Below are positions 12,401 to 24,856 of a DNA stretch of 63,330 nt, one piece after another. Every line of letters begins with the position of its first letter. Positions within the stretch are counted from its first letter, which is position 1. Origin of the DNA: Chlorokybus atmophyticus (taxonomy: Eukaryota > Plantae > Mesostigma and Chlorokybus algae); NCBI GenBank assembly GCA_009103225.1, contig RHPI01000585.1:186001-249330 (forward strand), read 5' to 3'. The notes under the pieces are model-generated. The model was not told the DNA's origin, made no database searches, and worked only from the letters and a program-made list of their open reading frames with translations. The position numbers and the translations under genes were made by a program.

Positions 12401-12855
12401 TCACTTGCCTGCATTGTGTGTTGTGCCATGCACATGAATCTGCATTGGAGGTTGATCAATTGACAACTTGAACTCTAGCTGTCCCATCTCACCTGGTCTG
12501 TGCGGAAGACGGCATTCTCAGCGACCTCATAGTCGAGGGACTCAAATTCTGCCGTTGCAGGATGGATGAAGCTGCCGCCTGCACCCGCCCCCTCTGTTCT
12601 ATCTAGGCCGGCCTCGCCGACCTCCATGTCCAGGTCGTCGGCCGAGCCGGCCTCAGAGCCCAGCAGGCGAGCCCGTACGCCATGCCCCCGCCCGGAGACA
12701 CCGCTAGCTCCGCCGCCGCCTAACGCCCGCATTGACACACCGGGCTCGTCGCCGTCCTCCTCACCCTCCTCGTCCTCTTCCCCCTCCACCTCCTCCTCAT
12801 CGCCTCTTGCGTCCTCCAGCACGTGCGTCTTGCCGTTCTCCCCTCTCCCAGCCAT
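9403..12855 (-). CDS. CLC: CLC chloride channel/anion-proton antiporter with two CBS domains (plant CLC-c/d-like); 3 exons (~12855-12492, ~11856-11514, 11247-9403)
   Basis: ESLDYE, GSGIADVKAYLNG, GKEGPMVH, GGVLFALEE, GLFVPS motifs and a C-terminal CBS pair (HNAFPVV...LRHLLVV...GVITRKDL). Confidence 0.95.
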
Positions 12856-13242
12856 CCCCCCGCTCCCACCGCCAAGGACAACCCCAAGCACCAGGCCGCC
12901 CAACCTCCTCACCTCATGCCATGCAGGCAGCAAATGCTGCAGAGCCTGCAGTGGCCCCGGAGGACGACGCTGCAAAGCAGCAGAATGCGCCCGACGACGA
13001 GAATCAACCTTTCTTATATGCTGCCCACCACGTCCCCTCCCCGCCGCCCCCGCCGTTGCCGCTGCCCCCGCCGGCCACACCCACGACGGCAATGGCAAGT
13101 GCCAGCAGAAGAATGCTCACGCCCACAAACCCTATTTGGTTGTTAGCGCGGTTGCTGTTAGTGCGGTTGTTGAGGTTGGCGGCGGCGGTGGCGGCGGCGT
13201 GATTGTTGTCGTCATTGTGGGAGTAGGCGACAGGCTGAGGCA

Positions 13243-14144
13243 ATGGCGGGTATTCTGGTGCTGTTGCCGGCGCTGGTGTTGGTCGGGGCGCCCCTGACTG
13301 TGCTGGTGGCAGCGTTGTCGCTGTCGTCCTCCGCACAGCTGTACGCCGCCCTCGCCGCCGCAGCCAAGACGCGCGCTGGCGGGGTGGCCTGGAAGTATGT
13401 TCAACCCTACGTTTTGCAACTGGTAAGCACACTTTACAATGCAGCTTGCACTCTTGATTGCTGTCTATGCCAGCGTCAGTAGCTGCATGCATGCATGCAT
13501 GCATGACCTGGCTGCGGACTGTAGCATAGCACCATTGCATTGAAAAATGTCACCGACAGCCATGCTGGCTTCTTCCATCAGTCTGCATAGTTTGCATGTT
13601 GGTGTCAAAGAGTTGTTGGTTTACTACCTCCAATGCCTTCAGAGATGTATGCATTGTGCAGGTCATTGCATTTTTGCTTGATCATGCGCACGCGCAGAGT
13701 GCGTACCACGTAACTAAGCATGCATTGCATAGCACAAATCAAGCGAACCGCACTACACGCACATCACTCAACTGCCAGGCATTGTTGGCTCCAACCTTCC
13801 CCGGTTACTCTGGGCTCTTGATTTGTCAGATAACAAAGACAAGCCCTGCACATGCGTGCATTGTCGGAGTGCACGACAACAACAAATTCGCGCATAGCGA
13901 ATATGTTGTCTCTTATGGTTTTTTACAAGCGCACACGCGTCAACTGCCTCAACATTGACACAATGATACAACATTATTGCAACACCACGTGTAGGTGAGG
14001 CACTTGGAGCGGTCACTCGGTACTCCCGAATCCTTCGCGCAGAAGCTGCAGCCGACGCACGCGCTGCTGCTGGCTGTTGTGATCGTCCTCCTCGTCTGCC
14101 TTGAACGCATACGGGCCGAGATAGCCGCCAACGCACGCAGATAG
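13243..14144 (+). CDS. Small (~109 aa) putative membrane protein of unknown function; exons 13243-13422 and 13995-14144
   Basis: ATG in gcaATGG context, hydrophobic MAGILVLLPALVLVGAPLTVLVAAL, donor CTG|GTAAG at 13423, acceptor GTAG|GTG at 13995, in-frame second hydrophobic stretch ALLLAVVIVLLVCL, stop TAG 14142-14144. Confidence 0.6.
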
Positions 14145-14571
14145 CACGTGGTGTAGGTGTGCGCTGTTGTGTTTTTGGCTGTTGTGCGGGTGTACATACT
14201 GGAAGGGTGCGGTTGAAATGAGGAGAAGCTACAGGGTGGTGGTTGTGACGGTGGTTGGCGCAATGGCTGATCACAGTGTGAGTCACTATTGTGCTGTTGA
14301 CTGATGGGGTTGGAATGAATAGACTACTTGTGGCACATTAGTCTTCATTACAGTTCATGGTGAATAATGGCCTGCCATCATGCTTACCTATCGAAGTGCA
14401 TGTGTTGGGTGCCAGCCAAAGCACTCAAACACACTTGCAGGTTAATTACTCATTTCGGAAAGACGAAAACAAGCAGTTGTACAAGATCTGCATTGCGTAA
14501 CAAGCGCAAAGAGCTTTCAACTCAGCGTGCCGGTAATGTCTGCATAGAGCGCTTCCCGCCCTCTATCGCGC

Positions 14572-16229
14572 TCAAGCTTCATCCACCGTGCTGAGCGGCT
14601 CGTAGCGAAGCGGCTTATTGCTCGTAGTCATCTCACTCTCGCGCACACGCTGTTGTTGTTGTTGTTGTCTCTCATCGATGAGTGTCAATGGCTTCGGCCT
14701 CAGCGCGATCGCCATCACGCCCGCCGCAATGAGAACCGTCCCTACCAAGGCTGAGAGGACAGAGAGTGGGAGTGGGAGTGTTGTTGTTGTGGTGGTGCTG
14801 ATTGTGAGTTGTTATGTTGCTAAACACTGTATAACATTTGTTGCATTTGTTGCTCACCTAATACGGTGGGTTGTTCGTGTAGGAATGCAAGGCCGAGGGC
14901 GTGCGCAAACACCACCTGTAGGTAGTTCATGGCGCTGGCGCGCGCCGCGCTCTCCCTCTGAAAGGCCATGTTGAGCAGAATCTGCACAACAACAAACCCA
15001 CATGTTACACATCATGCAATGTCATTATCGTGTGCGTGCCTGCCTAAGTAACTAGATGTTGCGGGCTCAGACATGCACACGCATGCACTCGAGCACGACT
15101 GTGTGCGGGAGTATTAGGGTTGTGCATGTGCACCTGCGCGTGTGAATGCGTATACGTATGCCACTGTGTGCACACATATGGGCACGCGCACGCGCATGCA
15201 CACGCACACATGCATGTGTTGTTGCATATGCAACTCTCCATGTGATGCAAGACATCCTTCCAACACACTCTCCACACCCCCACCTCCCCCCAACAATCCC
15301 CGCAATCCCCGCCTCCCCACACGCACCTGTCCCGCAAAGGAGAAGACAACAATCCCAACCATCAGCATGGTCTGTCCCGCATCCGGCACAACAACTTCCT
15401 GCATCCCCACAAGTAGTGCCCCCCCGCCCCCCAACGTGCTCGCTAGATGAAAGTACAACGTCAACACGACGGCGGAGTCGTTGGGTGACACGCGGCGGAG
15501 GAGACGCACGGTCGTGTAGGCCAACGCGGTGAAGATGGCGGACAGGAGGGCCAGGAGGGAACCCAACGTGTGCGAGGAGGAGGAGGGTGAGGGTGATGTT
15601 GGGGTGCGGGAGAAGAGGAAGGAGGGTTGAGCAACCTGTGGGTGGGTGTACAGTGTACACAATATGTGACAGATATGAGGTGTTGTAAAGTGTCATGCGT
15701 GCGTGCATGCATGCGCACGCACTGCTACCCACACAGGGTGCACACACTGTGTGAGGGTGTGAAGTAGTATCCTGTCTGTTGTGTTGTATGGTTGGAGGGA
15801 CATGATGGTATGACAAGCAAATAGCGTGTGTACAGTAAGCGGTATTCCTGATACTTACCAATGCGACACCAATGAGGCTGCAAGACACGCCGCCGGCCTC
15901 CCAGACTCCAAACGGTTCTCCAAGCATGACCTTCGCCACTACAGCACAGACACCAAAACTGACAACACCGTCATCACAACAACCCACCCACCCCCCACAC
16001 ACACTGCTCACGTATTGCGGTGAACGCCGGGTTTAGGAATGATATGACCACTGCATCGGCGAGGGGCAGCCGTCGTATGGCCGCCACGTAGGCCGTCAGC
16101 GCCAGGAAACCGATGGCGCCGCGGGCTATCAGTAAAGGACGGGCATGGGGGGAGCCCCAAAAGGGGGCGCCGGACTTGCTGAAAGAGAGTGTGTGTGTGC
16201 GTGTGTGTGTGAGTGGTGGTGTGTGGTGT

Positions 16230-16260
<31 letters not shown>

Positions 16261-16987
16261 NNNNNNNNNNNNNNNNNNNNNNNNNNNNNNNNNNNNNNNN
16301 NNNNNNNNNNNNNNNNNNNNNNNNNNNNNNNNNNNNNNNNNNNNNNNNNNNNNNNNNNNNNNNNNNNNNNNNNNNNNNNNNNNNNNNNNNNNNNNNNNNN
16401 NNNNNNNNNNNNNNNNNNNNNNNNNNNNNNNNGGGGGGGGGGGGGGTATTGAATTTGTTGTTTGCCAAGCCAATACGACTTTGGATACGTGTGCGTGATA
16501 ACTATACACACATGCACGCGCACGCTGCGTTTAGTCTGCAAGCCAGATTGCTACTTGCATACGCGTGTGTGCATGCTAACCACGCACGCATACCTTAACA
16601 AGTGAACGTATGTACACTCACACTCACACAGGCACATGTACACGCAAACGCACACGCACATAACATCACCACCACCACCACCACCACCACCACCCAGACA
16701 ACAACACCACCTCTCTCTCACCGGTTCATCACTCCGAGTGTGGCAACAGTAAGCACCAAGCACCCCATCCCCCTCACGAGCACGACCTCAAAGGCCCCGA
16801 ACTGCAACAGCTTCACCATGAAGGCCATCAGGGAGAAGCACAGGGCCGCGCAGGCCATGCACGCCAGACCGGAAGAGAGGCATGGGGTTGGGGATGTTGT
16901 CGTTGTGGTGGATGATGATGTGGTGATGGTGGTGGTGGTGGTGGTGGTGGATGGTGTTGGGGATGGTGTTGGGGATGTGAGTGGCAT
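14572..16987 (-). CDS. EamA/DMT (drug-metabolite transporter, SLC35G-like) membrane protein; ~6 exons; start codon uncertain (frame open up to ~17311)
   Basis: Exon peptides GLACMACAALCFSLMAFMVK, RPLLIARGAIGFLALTAYVAAIRRLPLADAVVISFLNPAFTA, LGEPFGVWE, GSLLALLSAIFTALAYTTVRLL, AFQRESAARASAMNYLQ, LVGTVLIAAGV...TVDEA*. Confidence 0.85.
16261..16432. other. Assembly gap (N run) flanked by poly-G inside an intron of the EamA gene
   Basis: 172 N characters bounded by G homopolymers. Confidence 0.99.
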
Positions 16988-17380
16988 CGTGGAGGATAGG
17001 GATTGGCAAGGGTGAAGAGTGTGTTTGTTGTTGGTAGTTGAGAGAGAGCATGTTAGGGAGTAAAGATGCTTGTGGTTGGGGTTGGGGAGTGTCAAGGTAT
17101 GAGTCTCATGTTGCTTGTCGTTGTTGTTGTTGCTCTTGCTCTTGCACTTGCTGTTGCTGTTGTCGCAGTTGACTCCTGCTCCTGGCCCTGCTGATGCCAG
17201 CGACAACGACAGCGAGCAGTGGGAGGACGACGACGATGACAACGTTCCGCCCCCTCCTCCTTGATACTTTTCCCTGTGCCTCACCACCTCCGCCGCCTCC
17301 GCCGCTGACAACTACGCCCACAACAGCGTGTGCAGACTGGCCTGTATGCACCAGGCGGCGGCAGCGGCGGCGGCGGTGGC

Positions 17381-19743
17381 ATGCGTGGGCTTGTCGTCGG
17401 CGTGAGGATCCTCCACCTCCCGCTATCCACGCCGCGTGGCAGCGGAGGAGCGCTCGGCTCTCCGCCGCCGCCTAACGGCAGGCGGCGGAATGGAGGAGCT
17501 GCTGCTTGCGCCTCCTCAGCCTCGTCTTCCAGGGAGAAGGGTACGGGGGAGGTGGAGAAGGAGGAGAAGGAGGACGACATTGAGGTCAAGACGCATGCCG
17601 CAGCCGTCACCGCCCTGCTGGCGTTGAACAACAACAACAACAACAAAGGTGTGTGTGAGAAGGCGTTCGAGCAAATCGACAGTGAACAAGTAGCAGCTGC
17701 ACACAAAGTAACCACAACGACATGCGTATGGACTGAGCTGTTAGTAAAGCACAAGTACTATCGAGATACTACACAATAGACATGAATGTTCAAATGTACG
17801 TGATGACACAACTTGCAATCGATGTAGAACTCACAAGTGCTGTCTTGCTTGTTGCAGCTGTCCATGTCGTATCGGCTTCACTCGACAAAACTCTCAGACT
17901 TTGCCGCTTCCCTCTCCTCCCAACATCGAGCAGGAAAGTGACCCAACATCTCACGTACCCGCCGTCGGACACAACACGGGTAGACCTCCCGTCTTTGTCG
18001 CCCGCATGCGTCCCGCCGGCCTTCTCGCTGGCGTGGATGCCGGCTGCAGGCCTCATCTTCGCAGGTGGGAGGAGTGTGTGTGTGCGTGAGTGTTGCGTGT
18101 GCAGGTAGTAGTGTTGTTGGGGGGGTGAGACAGGTGTTGAGGGTGTGTTGTTGAAAGTGTGCGCGTGTGCACGTATGCCCAGTGTGTTTGTGTGCTTGTG
18201 GATGGTTATGTGTGTGCGCGTGCACACTCACATGCATACGCGTGTGCGCCTGCACTCGTGCGTGCGACTGCGCGTGTGGGTGCGCATGTGGTTGTGTGTG
18301 TGAGTGTGACTGACAGACCTTCCTGACAGGTCTGTACGGGCGAGAAGTTGTGGCGTGGTCGCACGATGATGTCACGGCATCTCTCTCACCATTAGAGGGT
18401 GTGAGGTTGGGTGGACACACCGGGTGGGTGCGCGCACTCGCCGTTGTCGACAAGTGGCTATTCAGGTATGTACAAAAACCCAACTATTAATACTGGACCT
18501 GCCATTGCCAACAGTATGTGCTTGATCTGTTCTTCATCAGTGCAGCTTGCAACTACGTGCGCGTGTGGCGATTTGACGAGCGAAGTAGAGCAAAAGATGT
18601 TGATCGTGATGGAGAAGGCGTCATCAAACACGTCTGTGATGTGCGGCTGTTCACAGGTGTGGTAGAGGTGATTACACATGCACGTGCACGCGTGCAGACA
18701 CACAAACACGCACGCACGCACGCACGTGCACATGAATTCACACACGCACACGCTCACTCGCACGCGCACACGCGCGCATGCATGTTCCATTGCAAAGCAT
18801 TTGGTAACTACATATGCTCAAATTGATGGGCTTATGCAGGTGACATATCTTCGCTGGTAGTGGGTAACAACCACCTTTATTGCACTGGCGTTGACGGGTA
18901 ACCGACCACATCACAAGACTGTCGACGCTTAATATGCGACTATCTCTCCCTCGGCAACTCTTGAGTTGTTGTGTCTTTTATTGACAGCACTTTGAGGTGT
19001 TGGCGTTTAGGCCGCCCGGACACATCCATCTTGGAGATGAAGCGATCGCTCACACAATCATTGAATGTCATGAACACCGCGCATGATGGCCGCATTGCTA
19101 CTATGGCATATTGCCAAAGCGCGGGTGTCGTGTGCACGGCTGGCTTTGATGGCGCCATAAGGGTAAATGGATCTGTTTTGTATGGGAGGTTATGTAAGAG
19201 CACTGGTTTCATGCACCCAACATGGGTGTATATGTGTGTGACATGTATCTTATGTGGCAGGTTTGGAGCAAGGAATTGCTGGAACTCCTGTCGGAGAGTC
19301 AGTGTGGGCATGGTGGAGATGTTGTGTACACTTTGGCTGCAGCGGAGCCGTTGATGCTTGTATCTGGTGGCGGTGATAAGGTACAGGACTAAAAAACACA
19401 TGTGTTCGTGTGTGTGTGTGTGCGCACATCTAGTATGTGTGTGTGCGCGTACGTGCACACGTGCGTGCCTTGCCTGTGTTGTGTGAATGTGCGCTCGACC
19501 ATGAGGTAGATATTGTGTGTACGCGTCGATGTGTGTGCTGCGCAGTGGGTGCGGTGTTGGCGGCTTCCAGAGTTGCATCTGTTGTGCGAGCACCAGTTGG
19601 AGCACACGCCGAGGGCACTGGCAGTGATCAATAGAAAAGAAAAAGAGGGATCCGAACTGGCGGATGCAACCGATGGGCGAGTGGCAATTGCTGTTGGAGT
19701 GGATTCTGGGCACATGCATTGCATAGTGTTGACTTGCAATTGA
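17381..19743 (+). CDS. WD40-repeat protein, possibly organelle-targeted; ~8 exons
   Basis: Exon peptides VVSASLDKTLRL, GHTGWVRALAVVDKWLFSAACNYVRVW, LYCTGVDGTLRCW, AHDGRIATM...TAGFDGAIRVW, LVSGGGDKWVRCW; stop TGA 19741-19743. Confidence 0.85.
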
Positions 19744-20899
19744 AGGCATACCGCTGTCCAAGCTGCGAAACAGAACTTGCGCACTCTCAGCTCTCAGCAG
19801 CTGTACTGGGAGGTGAGAGGTGAGCAAGCATGTATAACTACTTTGGCAAACGATCCGCATGTACGTATATGTAGTCAGGTTGTGTCTTTGGCAACCAAGC
19901 AGCTTGGCTGGGCCAGACACGCTATGATGCTACGATGCACACCCCGTTTATTGCAATGCTCTGCATCCCACAATCTTGTGGGACCTACAGCTTGTGTACA
20001 AGGTTGTTGCGTGATAATTTTATAAACATGTGCCTTTGTCTCCTTGGGCTTATGAAAACTACATCAGTGCTATTTTGAAGCTGCGTCGTTGAATTGTCAC
20101 ACACAAACTGGCTGCACACGCGTGCAGGTAATCAGCAAACACGCATGTATGTATGTCTAATAGGGGTTTGAGGCAGTAGTTACAATAGCTAGGTGTGGCT
20201 AGTGGAGGTAGACCCTGGTGGTAAATAATCAGTGCATGATGGTGAGCTTTGTGAACAATGCATGTGTCATGCATGTTGCATGTATCATGATCACTTGCAT
20301 ATTCTATACACAGTGCCAGTCAGTGCCGCAGATTGTATGCCACGGTGTGTCACATGATACTGAAATGAAGGGCAGCACAAGCCAAGTAGCTTGCATTACT
20401 TTAGCTGCGCTACCCCAAGTGTACACGAGGCGTCTCGGCGTCATGCATTGTATTGCAGGCAACACACTGCATGGTATATACGAACAAGGTTCACAGTCAA
20501 AAAACCGGCGTGTAAACGAACTAGATAACCAATCAAGTCACACAATCAGAGCAACAACCGACACAACATTCGCGCACACCCTCACAGTACGGGTGAGGGG
20601 TGCGCGGAAGGCGTTGATATAAAGGTTGAGGTGCTGCAACAGTAAGGCAAGGGCCGAACGGCGAGCCGATTGCTTGCGTTAGCTCGGCGAGTGTGGTGCC
20701 CATAAGCATTGCGTCGTGTTCAACAAGTTGGCGTTGTCTGCGGTGACAAAGGTGTCACAAAGCACTTGTTGTCCCTCTGCATCTTGCTTGGAGGATACAC
20801 GCCCTGCGCGTGCGTGTGCATGTCACTTGCACCATGTGTATCTAGCACAGGCATGTGTACAGCGTGCAAGACACACAAAGCACACATGCCTATGCTTTG

Positions 20900-20948
20900 T
20901 AGCTGCCGGCAGGTTGCCTTACGCCAGCAGTGAACCTGCCGGCAGCTA
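20900..20948. repeat. Perfect 16-bp inverted repeat with 17-nt loop
   Basis: TAGCTGCCGGCAGGTT / AACCTGCCGGCAGCTA. Confidence 0.9.
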
Positions 20949-22853
20949 TGAAGGCAGCAACGACAAGGGTGACAACCTGCTGCATGTCCAGCACTCAAGA
21001 TCAATCAAGTCCGTCCACACGCAGGCAAATGTGTATGTACATATCGCTATATGCACACACAGCTGCTTATGCACGCCCACACAGACATGTATGCATGCAG
21101 CCCCGCATGCATGTACACACAAACACGAAGTCTGGCAGGCACCGGTTTTATTCTCAATGCAGTCTTGCGGCAACACACCGATCATGCTGAGGTGGCCGCT
21201 CTCTCTGCTGCTGATATTGTCCTGGACCGTTAAGGACCTTTCTTGTTCTCGGGGGCGAAGATGCTGTCCAACGCTGCCGAGCTATTCCACAACAACAGAG
21301 GCACGCGATTGTTTGAAATTGAAAACACTTATATCAGCGTATCCATATCTGAGTTTTGTGTGGTGTAATGACATATGGCTGTCTTTTGAGTCTTGGCGGA
21401 CAACACATGTATACACTCGGTAACAATAGCAGGCAAAGAAGGCATGGGCAGCATCAACACCGAGGGCCTTGAATCAGTCAAATGCTTCATATGCTAGATG
21501 TGCGATTGTAAAGGCAACAGTGTCGTAAAGGCATTGTTCAGCGGGAACACACACAACTAAGAGGAGAGCAGCGTTGTGTGTTGATGTTGAAGAACAGGCG
21601 CAGCAGATGTGTAAAGAGCACAACTGCTTGAGGTAGAGCGGGCCACAGCGACTGAACTCTGGTGGCGCAGTGACCATAATGTGGGTGCTGTTGAGTGGAG
21701 TAAGCTACCAGTAGGAGCAGTCATGGTAGTGGCACTTACTACGTACGTACAACAGCCACGTACTTGTTGCTTGGCAACTCCTTGCATACAGGCTTTCAAC
21801 ATCAATTGTGAAGCGTGTAAACAATGAAACCCTGTGCACATTTGATAAGCGCAGGACAACATTGACCTCACCCGCGGAGTCTGTTGCATTCCTCCGCTTG
21901 TGGCCTCCACACGCCACCTTCGGTTGCGTATGAATATGAACCAAGATACGCTCTGTGCACAGCTCGCCAACAAGGGAAAGGCGAAGACGGCAGCGGAGGA
22001 GGGGTTGACAACCACTCACAAGACTTTGAAAAATCGGTTGCTGGCAACTGCGCACCTCCGCATCACAGTCATTTACCTTACTGTGGCCCGCTCCATCTGT
22101 ACCTTGAGCATGCAGCCCTGATCTACAGGAGAGTGCTGTCTTTCCACCCTGTGTGGCACCTTTGAGTTGGTAGTCACAAGCTCGCGCGCGACGGCGTCCT
22201 CTAGAGCGATGACACAAACTGGTCATCTCCTCTGACGACGCTGGCTTAGCTTTGCAACCGCTTGCAGTTGGCAGCCGCTGAGTTAAACCCGCGTTGTCGA
22301 AGGAAATGACCAAGTCTTGGTCAGCGTCTCCGAGGATCCCGTTGCGCGCAGGCTCGTCGGCACAGGTTGAGTATGGAGGGAGGCAAGAGGTGTCCCCACT
22401 CGCCCTCAACTCCTCCTCCTCACTCTCACCGCCGCTATCAATACCAGGCATAAGGCAGCGCCGTTGCCATGCTCTGTAACGCAGAACAATTGCCCATGCC
22501 TGGGCACTACTAGCATCAAACTCAACGATGACACGCACAGCTAGACTTTAACCTTCAGCCCAACTGGCTCAAACTGCTCTATCCACTTCTTTGTGTATAC
22601 ATAAATGCCAACATAATGACCCAAGGGCAGTCAAGCCGTCAGCGTCTCGCAACGCACACCGTTGTGCAAACTACTTAACCCGTTCTTGGTATCGTACTCA
22701 AGCATGCCATGCGGTTAGCAAGCAGGAAGCCTTGCAAGGAACAACAGAGCAGTCGGCTGAACAAGCTCAAGCTTGTGTTGGCAAGTTCTTGCTAGTTTGC
22801 TTCCAGCGCAAAAAAATTACTGACTGGCTTGCCAACCGAAAGCGTTTGGCTAT

Positions 22854-22893
22854 AGCTTCCTTCTGGCTGCACAAAAGCAGCCAGAAGGAAGCT
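22854..22893. repeat. Perfect 17-bp inverted repeat with 6-nt loop
   Basis: AGCTTCCTTCTGGCTGC-ACAAAA-GCAGCCAGAAGGAAGCT. Confidence 0.9.
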
Positions 22894-23924
22894 TTGCATG
22901 CGGCTCAGTACCGAGCAGGGCATAGATTAACACCGAGAGTTGCCCCACAACAACAATAGATGAACGAACCTGTCGTGCGAACTGGGACTCACCTGGAACG
23001 CAACCCTACATCATGTCACACTTGTAGACGGTCAACAGCCAGGGCCCAGCCCAGAAGATTGCGGCTTCTTCCAAGAGCCTGCTCCGTAACTGTTGGTGAC
23101 CACCAGAATCCAACCAGCAGCAGACTCGGCAGCTTGAAACCTCCTGTAGACTACGCACCACACCACAACCTCTGTCAAGGCTGCTGCTACAGCCTCACTC
23201 ACACGTCGCTGGCGTCGCCGCCCTGCCTGCTCAGCCACAGCGACAGCCACAGCCGCACGAGTCAAGCCGGTTGGCCCAAGGCGCGCCCGCCTGGAGGCAC
23301 ACAGCTCCCCTTCTGCCTACACCCACTTGGCCGCCGCCCCCACCCCTACAGCATGCATGAACGCTTGCTTGCTTAGTGCTTGGCGCAGGTGGTTAGGCTT
23401 ACCCCCTAACAGGAGTCACTGGCAGTGCGCGAGGCATGCATGCGCGTGTGCCTGCCACAGCGCATTGCCGTAGGCTGACTTCCAACTGCAGCCAGCGTTA
23501 TCAAGATGAGATGCATGCATGCTGAAGCAATGCGCAATGAGTAGTAGTACTAGCCAATGTCAGATTGGTGCAACGTTGTTGCCTGCCTCCGTGAGAGTGT
23601 ATAGGGTTTGAGCGACACTTGATGCATGGGGTTGCCTTACGCGCTTTCTGCTCAAGCGAGGAGTGAGTTCAGGTGAGTTTCGGGCAGCCGCAGCTGCTCG
23701 CGTGCGCTTGGCCTTAAATCCATTGCCACGCAGAGAAACCGCAAAGGATGATGATGATATACTGCAAACCGCTGCAGTTGAGGGCGATCCTTGCGCTTGC
23801 CAATGGCTGATGCATGCATTCTATTGACACAGGCAGCGATGGGGCAAGTTGGTTAGTTGGTTGACTGAGTTTGCGCGGTAGCAAATTGCCACGCATGCAG
23901 TCATTGCCGGTACCTTCTTTTGTA

Positions 23925-23985
23925 CGCTTGACAAGTATGGACTTGCTAGCAAGTCCTTACTTGTGAACAGCGCTGTTCACAAGCG
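23925..23985. repeat. Compound palindrome: 34-bp near-perfect palindrome overlapping a 24-bp perfect palindrome
   Basis: ACAAGTATGGACTTGCTAGCAAGTCCTTACTTGT (23931-23964, one mismatched pair) and CTTGTGAACAGCGCTGTTCACAAG (23960-23983), enclosed by CGCTTG / CAAGCG. Confidence 0.9.
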
Positions 23986-24392
23986 GAAATGACCCATCAT
24001 CTACTGTCTGGCACTTGCGTCAACTCCAGACGGGAGTCCAGTTGCCGCTAGTTATGCTTGTTAGTCCAACCTGTGAAGTTCATGCCTTCGTTGCGCTGTG
24101 CGGGTTAAACATGCCTAATCGGTGCCCAATCGCACATCGCAACAGACTTGTCAACAGGGGCGCTGAGGGGGTGAGAGGACTGACGTTTGCAATGCGATGC
24201 TCCCCCTTTGCAGACCTGTGAGACTTGTATCCCAACTAACCGCCCTTGCTTCTACTGCTGCCTACTCTGTGTGCACATAGTTGCGCTTGTTTACCTGCCC
24301 CTTGGCCATGGCCCTTAGACACATGCAGTTTGTTGCCAACATAGTCTGTTTTTTGTACTTGTATACATGTTTATATATGTGAAGGTTCGCAG

Positions 24393-24396
<4 letters not shown>

Positions 24397-24432
<36 letters not shown>
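24397..24432. repeat. (CT)n microsatellite
   Basis: Direct read of the sequence. Confidence 0.95.
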
Positions 24433-24436
<4 letters not shown>

Positions 24437-24856
24437 CGTCCAGGTCATGGTGGCAGCTTGCAGTTGTTCACGAGCAACCATGAGCAAACAACAGACCACG
24501 CAGTGGGGCGTCAATGTGACCTACAATCAACTATGTGCGTGTGCAATTTCGCACGTTGGTGCCAGCACAAGTGATCATACGTGTACACTCAGAATTCACA
24601 TCCTTTGGACGGGTGCTGTGATTTTTGTTCAACAGACAGTGCTTTAATTGAGGCGTTGCAAGCGCAGAGAGCTTTCCACCTGTGCCACACTGTTGCCAGA
24701 ATGTGACCAGCCAGTGTACATAGCAACATACTTAATAAAACTGCTACATCAACACTTCTTTGGATGCGATACGGTGTCTCAAATGGCGCCTCATCAGTGC
24801 ACATAGCTTCAGCAAACTCTCCTCGTAAAAGGTCTCAAGTGACAACTTGGGACCTT

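Larger units (their letters stand above)
20400..23350. other. Unresolved coding-like region (possible multi-exon gene of unknown product; strand ambiguous)
   Basis: 277-codon minus ORF 21705-22538 plus several splice-site-bounded open segments on both strands; no recognisable family motif. Confidence 0.3.

Noticed and set aside
15974-16598. Several ORFs with poly-P/poly-G and X runs
   Set aside because: Artefacts of homopolymers and the N gap inside an intron.
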